Shown piece by piece: positions 1 through 8,703 of a stretch of 64,000 nt of DNA. This DNA comes from Coxiellaceae bacterium (GTDB lineage Bacteria; Pseudomonadota; Gammaproteobacteria; Coxiellales; Coxiellaceae). Under the pieces are notes generated by a model. It made no database searches and was not told the origin of the DNA. It worked only from the letters and a program-made list of their open reading frames with translations. How positions within the stretch are numbered: position 1 is the first letter of the stretch; each line of letters begins with the position of its first letter. The stretch spans positions 8,737-72,736 of the forward strand of contig DATDVD010000032.1 in the NCBI GenBank assembly GCA_035290065.1. Direction: 5' to 3'. The translations under genes were made by a program, and so were the position numbers.

Positions 1-1530
1 CAAGATCGTGTTAATTTTAAAGAATTAACGAAAGCCACTGAAAAAATGATTGAAGAAAATAAGGGTCTTTTGGAGAAAGCCTTTTCTGTCGACGCAGGTA
101 TGGAAATGCATCACGGCGATGTGGTAATAGCCGCTATTACCAGTTGTACCAATACGTCTAATCCTCACGTGATGATGGGCGCTGGTCTTCTCGCCAAAAA
201 AGCGCTGGAAAAAGGGCTTATGATTAAGCCGTGGGTTAAAACGTCGCTCGCACCTGGCTCCAAAGTGGTGACCGATTATTTGGAAAAAGCGGGACTGTTA
301 GAGCCTTTAAATGCCTTGGGATTTAATTTGGTGGGATATGGCTGTACGACCTGTATTGGAAATTCAGGTCCTCTCAGTGATGTGGTCAGCAAAACCATCA
401 CTGAAAATAATATGACTGTGTGTGCAGTTTTATCGGGCAACCGTAATTTTGAAGGACGCATTCATCCCCTCGTGCGTGCGAATTGGTTAGCCTCGCCTCC
501 TTTAGTCGTGGCGTTTGCATTAGCGGGTACGACACGCATTAATTTAAATGAAGATCCCTTAGGTATTAATAACCAAGGTGAGCCCATTTATTTAAAAGAT
601 ATTTGGCCCACTCAACAAGAAATTGCGCAAACTATACAAGATGTTAGCCAATCGATGTTTAAAAAAGAATATTCGGAGGCGTTGTTTGAAGGCACAGAGG
701 AATGGCAACGCTTAAAAGCCACGGCCAGTGAAACCTATGCCTGGGATGCGCACTCGACTTACATTCAATATCCTCCTTTCTTTGAAGGCATGACAGTAGA
801 CGTTCCCAAAGTAAATGATATTAAAAACGCACGCATTTTGGCGGTGTTTGGGGATTCGATTACTACCGATCATATTTCACCTGCCGGTTCTATTAAAGCA
901 GACAGTCCAGCCGGCCAGTATCTACAAGCTCAAGGCGTAAAGCCTGTGGACTTTAATTCCTATGGCGCTCGTCGTGGCAATCATGAAGTGATGATACGCG
1001 GTACGTTTGCCAATATTCGTATTAAAAATGAGATGATGGAAGGTAAAGAAGGCGGTCTTACACGGCATCAACCCGACGGAAAAGAAATGACCATTTATGA
1101 TGCAGCAATGGCCTATCAACGAGAAAACACGCCATTAGTGGTTATCGCGGGCAAAGAATACGGCACGGGTTCGTCACGCGATTGGGCGGCTAAAGGAACA
1201 TTGTTGTTGGGTGTAAAAGCTGTTATTGCTGAAACGTTTGAACGTATTCATCGGTCCAATTTAGTGGGCATGGGTGTGTTACCCTTACATTTTGAGAATG
1301 GGGATACACACCAATCGCTCGGCATTACCGGTAAAGAAAAAATTTCGCTGGAAGGTTTAAGTCAAAGCATCACGCCTAATATGCGGGTGATGATGAAAAT
1401 TGAATATGAAAATGGGTCGGTAAAAGAAGTGTCTTTATTGTCTCGTATTACCACGCAAGATGAAGCTAACTATTATGAAAACGGCGGTATTTTGCAGTAT
1501 GTTTTACGACAACTATTAGCAAGGGGATAA
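1..1530 (+). CDS. acnA: aconitate hydratase (AcnA-type), C-terminal ~509 aa; 5' end lies outside the window
   Basis: Frame 1 is open from nt 1, with no stop before the first listed Met at 46. The translation has aconitase Fe-S/active-site blocks (AAITSCTNTSNP, GYGCTTCIGNSGPL, NRNFEGR) and the swivel-domain block GKEYGTGSSRDWAAKG. Confidence 0.93.
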   Translation, partial: QDRVNFKELTKATEKMIEENKGLLEKAFSVDAGMEMHHGDVVIAAITSCTNTSNPHVMMGAGLLAKKALEKGLMIKPWVKTSLAPGSKVVTDYLEKAGLLEPLNALGFNLVGYGCTTCIGNSGPLSDVVSKTITENNMTVCAVLSGNRNFEGRIHPLVRANWLASPPLVVAFALAGTTRINLNEDPLGINNQGEPIYLKDIWPTQQEIAQTIQDVSQSMFKKEYSEALFEGTEEWQRLKATASETYAWDAHSTYIQYPPFFEGMTVDVPKVNDIKNARILAVFGDSITTDHISPAGSIKADSPAGQYLQAQGVKPVDFNSYGARRGNHEVMIRGTFANIRIKNEMMEGKEGGLTRHQPDGKEMTIYDAAMAYQRENTPLVVIAGKEYGTGSSRDWAAKGTLLLGVKAVIAETFERIHRSNLVGMGVLPLHFENGDTHQSLGITGKEKISLEGLSQSITPNMRVMMKIEYENGSVKEVSLLSRITTQDEANYYENGGILQYVLRQLLARG

Positions 1531-1534
1531 TCTA

Positions 1535-3337
1535 TTGAAATATTTACTAGGATCTGCGTTATTATGGATTTGCACTTTCGCATTTGCGAGCCCTCCAGAC
1601 CCTTTACCGATGGATGAGGCGTATCAACTCAGTGCCTCCCTGCGAGACAATCAAACCGTAATCGTGCAATGGAAAATTGCACCGGGTTATTATCTTTATA
1701 AAGATCATATTGCCTTTCAATCTCCTGATCAGCAGGCGCAATTAGGGCAGCCTTTAATGCCCCCTGCGAAAGACTTTTATAATCCGACGGTCGGACATTA
1801 TAAAACTTATCAGGGAAATTTAAACATTCCTCTTCCGGTGATTAGTGCTAAATCCTCAAATTGGGTTTTAAAAGTTCATTATCAAGGATGTTCTCAATTC
1901 GGTTATTGTTATCCTCCTACCGATAAGATTTTAAAAATTAATACCACGGCCGATACGAACACGATTTTCAAACCGTTAGCGATTGATGTGCCTGCCATGC
2001 AGTATTCGTTAGGACACTGCCCAGAAGGCGCGCTCGATCGGATCACGTGTTTGCTGGCTCACGCCAATCCTTTATACATTTTATTGGGATTTTTAGGGTT
2101 TGGGTTATTAGTGTCTTTTACACCCTGCGTATTGCCCATGGTGCCTATTTTATCGGCTATCATTATTGGGCAGAAAAAATTATCTACCTTAAAATCCTTC
2201 GCCTTATCAGCGAGTTATGTACTAGGTATTGCTATTACGTACGCAGTCGTCGGGGTGGTATTTGGCGAATTAGGAAATAACTTACAAACGGCCTTACAAA
2301 ATACGTGGGTATTGGTATTATTTAGTTTGTTATTTGTAGTATTGGCCTTATCGTTGTTTGGTTTTTATGAACTACGGTTGCCTACTCGCTGGCAAAATCA
2401 TTTGCATCGACTGACAGAGCCTTCTCAAAAAAGTTCGTTGATCAGCATTTTTGTGATGGGTGTATTATCCACACTGGTCTTATCCCCTTGTGTCACCCCT
2501 CCGTTAGTAGCAGCCTTAAGTTTTATCAGCACGACAGGCAACGCGGTGTTAGGTGCTGCCGCTTTATTTACAATGGGTTTAGGAATGGGAGTTCCTTTAC
2601 TGATTATTGGCACGCTGGGTGGAAAATTTTTACCTCACACAGGCGAATGGATGGAAGGCATTAAAAGATTAATCGGTATTTTATTGTTGGCCGTTGCTAT
2701 TTCTATGTTGAGTCGAGTCATTACCGGTCCAGTCATTGTAGGTTTGTGGGCCCTACTCGCTTTTATTAGTGCTTATTATCTCGACGTTTTCGAAGTGTCT
2801 CAAAAAACTATTGCTAGTTTTATCCGTCGATTATTAGGATTGGTATTATTTGTGTATGCCATTCTAGCGGGAATCAGTGCATTAATGGGTAATTCCGATC
2901 CTCTCAAACCCTGGGGATGGCATGTAAAAAATCTATCACCAGACTATCCTGTCGTTCAGGTCAATACCGTTTTAGATGTCAAACGGGCTTTACATCAAGC
3001 CGTCGTTCACCATAAAGCTGTCATGCTCGATTTTTATGCAGATTGGTGCATAGCGTGTAAAGAACTGGATCGTTTTACTCTTTCCAACCCCCGCGTACAA
3101 GCTTTATTACGTCAAATGATGGTATTGAAAGCCGATGTATCTCAAAACTCAATGGAAGATAAAAATATTATGAAACACTATCACGTGATTGCACCACCCA
3201 CTTTGATTTTCTTTGATGAAAAAGGCCATGAAATTAAAAAGGCGCGAATCGTGGGTGTTATATCAGCGAAACAATTTGAACGCCACTTAAAACAAAATGG
3301 ATTGGTGTCTTCACCAATAAAGGCTCCACCGCCCTAA
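1535..3337 (+). CDS. dsbD: thiol:disulfide interchange protein DsbD
   Basis: TTG start preceded by an AAGGGG Shine-Dalgarno. The N-terminus looks like a signal peptide. The central multi-TM core has the two Cys-containing helices (FTPCVLPM, LSPCVTPP). The C-terminal thioredoxin fold has a WCIAC active site. Confidence 0.88.
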   Translation: MKYLLGSALLWICTFAFASPPDPLPMDEAYQLSASLRDNQTVIVQWKIAPGYYLYKDHIAFQSPDQQAQLGQPLMPPAKDFYNPTVGHYKTYQGNLNIPLPVISAKSSNWVLKVHYQGCSQFGYCYPPTDKILKINTTADTNTIFKPLAIDVPAMQYSLGHCPEGALDRITCLLAHANPLYILLGFLGFGLLVSFTPCVLPMVPILSAIIIGQKKLSTLKSFALSASYVLGIAITYAVVGVVFGELGNNLQTALQNTWVLVLFSLLFVVLALSLFGFYELRLPTRWQNHLHRLTEPSQKSSLISIFVMGVLSTLVLSPCVTPPLVAALSFISTTGNAVLGAAALFTMGLGMGVPLLIIGTLGGKFLPHTGEWMEGIKRLIGILLLAVAISMLSRVITGPVIVGLWALLAFISAYYLDVFEVSQKTIASFIRRLLGLVLFVYAILAGISALMGNSDPLKPWGWHVKNLSPDYPVVQVNTVLDVKRALHQAVVHHKAVMLDFYADWCIACKELDRFTLSNPRVQALLRQMMVLKADVSQNSMEDKNIMKHYHVIAPPTLIFFDEKGHEIKKARIVGVISAKQFERHLKQNGLVSSPIKAPPP

Positions 3338-4698
3338 CGTTCACCAAAGGATTCTGATACGGTTCCTTGTACCGGTTTTAACAGGTATTTTAAGAGGGAA
3401 CGACGATCGGTAATAATATCTGCTTGAACCGACATACCCGGTTTTAATAGATTTTTCTTCGGATCTTTTCCAATATAATTTTTGTTCAACTCAATCGTGG
3501 CCTTGTAATACAGTAAACCGGAAGCGGGGTCTGTATACGTGGAAGGCGAAATAGATACAACAGAGCCTTCTACCCCTCCATAGCGTACATAATCAAAGGT
3601 ATAAATTTTTACATTGACTTTATCGCCCACGGTAATATGACCAATATCCCGTGGCCGCACACGACTTTCCACTACTAATTCCTGATCACTGGGAATAATT
3701 TCCATGATTTTTTGACGCGGAGCTATTATGCTGTCTTTTTTTCCTTCAATGCCTTGTACAATGCCTGAAATGGGCGCCCGGATAACAGTGCGCTGCGCTT
3801 GATCCGATAATTGTTTAAGATTTTGTTGAATGCGAATCAAAGAGGCTTTCGTTTCACTTAATTGTTGGTGAGCAGTTGCTTCTCTGTCGGCTCGAAAACT
3901 CTCCAATTTTGCTTGACTCTCTTTTAAAGCGCCTTCAGCAGCCACCTTTTCACTTTGAAGGTCAGTAATCACTTCCGACGCTTCATTCATTCTTCTCTTG
4001 GCCGTAAGGTAATCTTTTTCAGAAACATAATGCTTCTTCACTAAGTTTTCGTACATAGCCAATTCTCGACTAAAAAGATCGGATTGTGTTTTTGCCGTGC
4101 TAATTTTTGTATCGAGATTGCGAATGCGTTCCTTATCTTGAGCTATTTGATTTTCTTGCTCAGTAATTTTAGAGGCTTGACTGGCATTTTCACGCGCTAA
4201 CTGGGATTGTTCATTTTGAATTAAATCATATATCTGATTTTTATCATTAATCATATCGAATTGCGAGGAAGAAATGGACCCTACCCAATCCACTTCATCG
4301 GGTGCTTTATTATCCAAAAAAGCCTGCAAACGAACTATATCCAACGTCAAATTAACTGCCTGTGCTTCATCAATCGCTAATTGTGACTGAGCATGAATGG
4401 GATCCATTTTGATTAAAGGATCACCTTCTTTTACTTTTTGATCATTGTGGACATATACTTCATCAATAATACCCCCCTCTAAATGCTGAATAGGATAACT
4501 TTTATCGTAGGGTTGTATTTGCCCTACTGTTATCGCCACTTCATTAATAGAAGCGAAGGCAGACCATAGCAGCAACAGAAAAAACACAATTGAAATAACG
4601 AGAACCCCTTTTCGAATGAGACGAAAACGATCCCCCTCTTCTAATACAGTAGCATTTGAAATAAACTGTAGCTGTTTGTAAATATGTCGTCTTTTCAT
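3334..4698 (-). CDS. HlyD-family type I secretion membrane-fusion (periplasmic adaptor) protein
   Basis: Single N-terminal TM, a long coiled-coil middle (Q/E/K/L-rich) and C-terminal beta-barrel blocks typical of HlyD. The start overlaps the upstream ABC gene stop (ATGA at 4695-4698). Confidence 0.87.
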   Translation of the reverse strand: MKRRHIYKQLQFISNATVLEEGDRFRLIRKGVLVISIVFFLLLLWSAFASINEVAITVGQIQPYDKSYPIQHLEGGIIDEVYVHNDQKVKEGDPLIKMDPIHAQSQLAIDEAQAVNLTLDIVRLQAFLDNKAPDEVDWVGSISSSQFDMINDKNQIYDLIQNEQSQLARENASQASKITEQENQIAQDKERIRNLDTKISTAKTQSDLFSRELAMYENLVKKHYVSEKDYLTAKRRMNEASEVITDLQSEKVAAEGALKESQAKLESFRADREATAHQQLSETKASLIRIQQNLKQLSDQAQRTVIRAPISGIVQGIEGKKDSIIAPRQKIMEIIPSDQELVVESRVRPRDIGHITVGDKVNVKIYTFDYVRYGGVEGSVVSISPSTYTDPASGLLYYKATIELNKNYIGKDPKKNLLKPGMSVQADIITDRRSLLKYLLKPVQGTVSESFGER

Positions 4699-6794
4699 TC
4701 TTTCATCTGCCTTATTTTTTCGATTGCCTCACTAGGTTTTCCTAATAATTGCAATCGCCCTTTATCCAGCAATAAGACTCGATCTGCCATTTGAATATGA
4801 GAAAATCGATGGGTACACATAATTATAGTACTTTTGCCTCGCCATTGATGAATAGTGTTGAGAAAGTGTTGTTCAAATTTTTCATCAAAATTACTGACAG
4901 GCTCATCCAAAAGAATGAATCGCGAATTTTTAAGATAAGCGCGTGCCAAACAGAGCCCGAATTGGAAACTTTCTGAGAAACGAAAGCGTGCATAATCTGA
5001 CAAAGGGGTATCAAAACCTGCTTCCAACACCTTAATCATGTCGTAAACACCCGTAATTTTAGTAGCCTCCATTAACTGCTCAGGGGTGGCCAATGGATTC
5101 GCCAATCGCAAATTTTGCTCCACCGTTCCATAAAATAATTGAGAGATTTGAGAACTATAGCTAATGGTTTTTCGATAATTAATTAAGTCAAACTGTCGCA
5201 AATCTACTCCGTCTACATAAATAGTCCCCACTTGAGGCATATACAACCCTAGCAATAACTTTAATAGAGTACTTTTCCCAGAGCCATTCGGTCCAGTCAA
5301 AGCAATTAATTCGCCGGGATAAATATGAAGATTAATATTAACCAGAGCCGGATGGATAGCATTAGGATAGCGAAAACCCACCTGATTCATCACAATATCG
5401 CCCCGAATTTTAGGCAACGTTCTAAAGGTTAAAGGGCTGCCCTCATCCTCTGACTCGATAGTCATTAAGGCATTAAACTGAAGCATACTGCGCCTTATTT
5501 GAAGGAAACGGGGTAAATAAATATAAAGGGATTTTATAGGGGAAAGGGAGCGCCAAATTAAAATCATCACCGCAATCATCGTACCCACATTTAAACGTTG
5601 GTCCATGATCATAACAGCACTTATACCTAATAATACTGTCCCAGCCCCTGCAACAATAAAATCGGATACACTATTATCTAATACTCGTTTCACGCTGTTG
5701 ATAAAATTTTCATACGAGTTATCTCCTGAAATATTCCGTTCTTTTTCAATCCATTTGCCTTCTAATTGAAGCATTTTAATCGTGTGTTGTTTTTGAAGCG
5801 CTTCAATAAGAAATTCCTGTCGTTCATAATTTTTAGAGTTTGCTTCTTCGTCTTTGGAAGAATAAAACTGTTTTATAAATACCATCACTGCAAACAATAC
5901 TGTCGATATAATGGGTATCCACACTAATATTCCACCTAACAAGCCAATGACAAAAAGCAAAACCGCTATAAAAGGAATCTCTAAGAAAGTAATCATCATA
6001 GGGCCACTGATAAAAGAACGTAATGCAGAAAAGTCACGTATTTTAGCAATTTGAGAGCCAATCGAGGCGCCTTCCGTATAAGCAGCGGGTAAAAATAATA
6101 TTTTCTTAAAAACGGCATCACCCATCGATTGGCTAATGTCTGTCCCTATAGAAGAGACTAAACGGCTTCTAATTTTCTGAATCATCGTAGCACCCACGAT
6201 GGCCAACGCCACGCCGATTAAAAACGCTATACTGCTTGAGGGCGCATGGGTTCCCACTACCTGATTATAAATCGCCATAATGAAAAGGGGCGTGCCTAAA
6301 TTTAATAGGCTTAATACAAAACCAAACTCCATAACCCGCGCTAACGTTTTTTTATGTTGTTGCCATACATGGCTAAACCATGGTTGGCGGGATGCTCCTA
6401 CTCTTAATCGCGGACGTTTTTTAAATACATACGCAACACCTTGAAACTGAACCTGTTTAACACGCTTTAAAATTTTTTTCGTGGCGTCATACAGTAATGC
6501 CGAATTTTTTCTCGCATCCAAAATAAGTAGAACATTTCCATCATCGGCCACAAAAAGACACGGCAATAAACGTTTATCCAATTCGTCTAATCTCAAGGCA
6601 AAGGATTCAGAATCAAATCCTAGAATCTGCATAACTTGGCAAAACAACAGCGCATTATGCACCTCTGAAAAATGAGGGAGCGCTTCTATTACATCCCGCC
6701 GAAGTCCTCGCCAATGCAACGCTTGTAATAAAGGAGCAAAGCATCGTTCATACGGTGTGCGATCCAGATTCAGAGGAGAGTCTATTGCTTTCAT
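4695..6794 (-). CDS. type I secretion ABC transporter permease/ATPase with an N-terminal C39-like domain
   Basis: 699 aa. About 130 aa precede the TMD and resemble a C39-like domain. Walker A is GPNGSGKST, Walker B FILLDEP and H-loop CTHR, but the signature motif reads FSESF instead of LSGGQ. There is a 4-nt overlap with both neighbouring genes. Confidence 0.85.
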   Translation of the reverse strand: MKAIDSPLNLDRTPYERCFAPLLQALHWRGLRRDVIEALPHFSEVHNALLFCQVMQILGFDSESFALRLDELDKRLLPCLFVADDGNVLLILDARKNSALLYDATKKILKRVKQVQFQGVAYVFKKRPRLRVGASRQPWFSHVWQQHKKTLARVMEFGFVLSLLNLGTPLFIMAIYNQVVGTHAPSSSIAFLIGVALAIVGATMIQKIRSRLVSSIGTDISQSMGDAVFKKILFLPAAYTEGASIGSQIAKIRDFSALRSFISGPMMITFLEIPFIAVLLFVIGLLGGILVWIPIISTVLFAVMVFIKQFYSSKDEEANSKNYERQEFLIEALQKQHTIKMLQLEGKWIEKERNISGDNSYENFINSVKRVLDNSVSDFIVAGAGTVLLGISAVMIMDQRLNVGTMIAVMILIWRSLSPIKSLYIYLPRFLQIRRSMLQFNALMTIESEDEGSPLTFRTLPKIRGDIVMNQVGFRYPNAIHPALVNINLHIYPGELIALTGPNGSGKSTLLKLLLGLYMPQVGTIYVDGVDLRQFDLINYRKTISYSSQISQLFYGTVEQNLRLANPLATPEQLMEATKITGVYDMIKVLEAGFDTPLSDYARFRFSESFQFGLCLARAYLKNSRFILLDEPVSNFDEKFEQHFLNTIHQWRGKSTIIMCTHRFSHIQMADRVLLLDKGRLQLLGKPSEAIEKIRQMKE

Positions 6795-8596
6795 GCTAAC
6801 TCACGCAAATGTTGATCTAATTCATAAACTCGATCAGCCAACCGGATAGCCGGTTGCCATTCGGTAATAAGAATCATGGTACAATGCTGTTTAATACGAT
6901 GAAGCAACGTCAGTAAATCGCGATTACCGAAAAAATCCAGCGCCGCATTGCCTTCATCAAAAATTAGAATTTTAGGTTGTTTTAAAAGGGCTCGAATAAT
7001 CATCATGCGTTGTTTAACACCTTGCCCAATGACGGTTACTGGATTTTTGCCTACTTCGGTATCAAACCCTCTCGGCATTTCTTTTACCAAATTAATCAAA
7101 CCCAGCACACGCGAAAGCCTTAATGCAACAGGTCTATTAGCCTCGTTAAAGAGCGTAATATTATCCATAATGGTTCCTGCCAACAGATCAGAATTCTGAG
7201 GAATATAGGCGATCTGTTCTCGCACAGAATTTAAGTTATACTCGAAAATATTTTTCCCATCCAACATTATTTTTCCGCTTTCAGGCGGAATATAGCCCAT
7301 AAACAGTTGCGCTAACGTAGACTTGCCTTTTTGGCCATTGGCGCGAATCGCAATAGTCTCACCTTTCTTTACTTGTAAATTAAGATTTTTAAACAAATAA
7401 CGTGTTTGATTGATATTTTTTAACGAAATATTTTCGAGCCTAAGAGTGCCTTGAATAGCACCCATAGATTGTTTTCCCGGTGGACATTCTTGTGGTAATT
7501 GCAACAAATCGATCATTTTTCGTCGCACAAGTTTCACGGTCTGCATCCGTGTCCAAGCACTTAAAATAGAATTAAGCGGTTGAATGCAACGGCCTGTTAA
7601 TAATGTACAGGCTGCTAAACTACCAATGGTTAAAGAACCATTTAGTACTAACAAACCACCAAACAAAGCCACCAAAATTAAAGCGGCTTGTGAACCTATC
7701 TGGCGTCCTAAACCCAGTTCTGTATCTTCTTCATTGCTATAACTATCCAATAGAGAACGCTTAACCTCCAATCGTTCATAGCGTCGTAACATTTGGGATT
7801 CGAGGCCAAAGGATTTAACGGTATGCACATTAGAAAGCGTATTAATAAGAAAGTTAATTTCATGATCGGCTTGTTCTTGTTGAGCAATTTTCAACATTTC
7901 AATATTTTTATTAATTAATCCACTATAAATAAGCAATCCTAATAAAATTATTACCGGTAGAAAAACTAACCATCCTCCAATATACGCAATGAGCCCTAGA
8001 AATAAAAAAATAAACGGCGCATCCATCAACGTACTGAGTGCCTGACTGGCATAAAAACTTCTCACATAATTTAAGGAATTTAAATCATCCAAATGAGCTC
8101 CAATGCCTTTTTTCTCAAAAGCGGTGATTTGTGTATGCATTAAATGAGAAAATACTTTGCAGGTTAATCGATGCTCATACTTAGCATCTACCCACGCGGC
8201 CACATAGGAACGGCCTATTCTTAAAATACTTTCTAAAATGAGCGCTGAAAAAACGCCCAATAACAAGAGTGACAACGTATTTAAGGAATGATTAGGAATC
8301 ACACGATCATACACTTGCAATAAAGCAATCGGGAATGCAATGGATAAAAGATTAATCGCTAAAGAAGCGGCTAAAATAACTACAATCGTTTCACGACTGC
8401 TTAATTTAAGAACTTGGTTGAGTCCTTCCAAAAAAAATGGGGGTTCTTTGAAAGAGATGGAACGAATACCGATGATTTTTAATCGGGCTTTAAGCGCTTT
8501 GAAATTATTTAAATCCCAGTGGGGAATAAAGCGTTTCCAAGCAGAGAGAGTCCGATGTAAGGCGCGTTTATGATCCTTCATAGTGCCCAACTTCAT
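6791..8596 (-). CDS. second type I secretion ABC half-transporter with a degenerate nucleotide-binding domain
   Basis: 601 aa with a six-helix exporter-type TMD followed by an NBD. Walker A is ANGQKGKST, the signature position reads IGQGV, Walker B is ILIFDEG, and the H-loop position reads ILITEW with no His. An alternative ATG lies at 8581. Confidence 0.78.
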   Translation of the reverse strand: MKLGTMKDHKRALHRTLSAWKRFIPHWDLNNFKALKARLKIIGIRSISFKEPPFFLEGLNQVLKLSSRETIVVILAASLAINLLSIAFPIALLQVYDRVIPNHSLNTLSLLLLGVFSALILESILRIGRSYVAAWVDAKYEHRLTCKVFSHLMHTQITAFEKKGIGAHLDDLNSLNYVRSFYASQALSTLMDAPFIFLFLGLIAYIGGWLVFLPVIILLGLLIYSGLINKNIEMLKIAQQEQADHEINFLINTLSNVHTVKSFGLESQMLRRYERLEVKRSLLDSYSNEEDTELGLGRQIGSQAALILVALFGGLLVLNGSLTIGSLAACTLLTGRCIQPLNSILSAWTRMQTVKLVRRKMIDLLQLPQECPPGKQSMGAIQGTLRLENISLKNINQTRYLFKNLNLQVKKGETIAIRANGQKGKSTLAQLFMGYIPPESGKIMLDGKNIFEYNLNSVREQIAYIPQNSDLLAGTIMDNITLFNEANRPVALRLSRVLGLINLVKEMPRGFDTEVGKNPVTVIGQGVKQRMMIIRALLKQPKILIFDEGNAALDFFGNRDLLTLLHRIKQHCTMILITEWQPAIRLADRVYELDQHLRELA

Positions 8597-8612
8597 CCTT
8601 TATATTAGTTGT

Positions 8613-8641
8613 ACTATAGTCAATGGGATTTGCATTCACAA
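8613..8641 (-). promoter_or_regulatory. candidate sigma70 promoter for the T1SS operon (TTGTGA-17 nt-TATAGT)
   Basis: On the minus strand the -35 TTGTGA is at 8641-8636 and the -10 TATAGT at 8618-8613, with a 17-nt spacer. It sits just upstream of the 8596 start in the divergent intergenic region. Confidence 0.4.
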
Positions 8642-8703
8642 GCTTGCACAAAACACCGCTTTTTTCGATCATTAGCTATACTCCTTTAACAAGGAGACAA
8701 ACG

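Noticed and set aside
3334-3337. A convergent 4-nt overlap of the dsbD and HlyD-family stop codons, considered as a regulatory feature.
   Set aside because: This is a trivial consequence of compact gene packing. No hairpin or antisense element is apparent.
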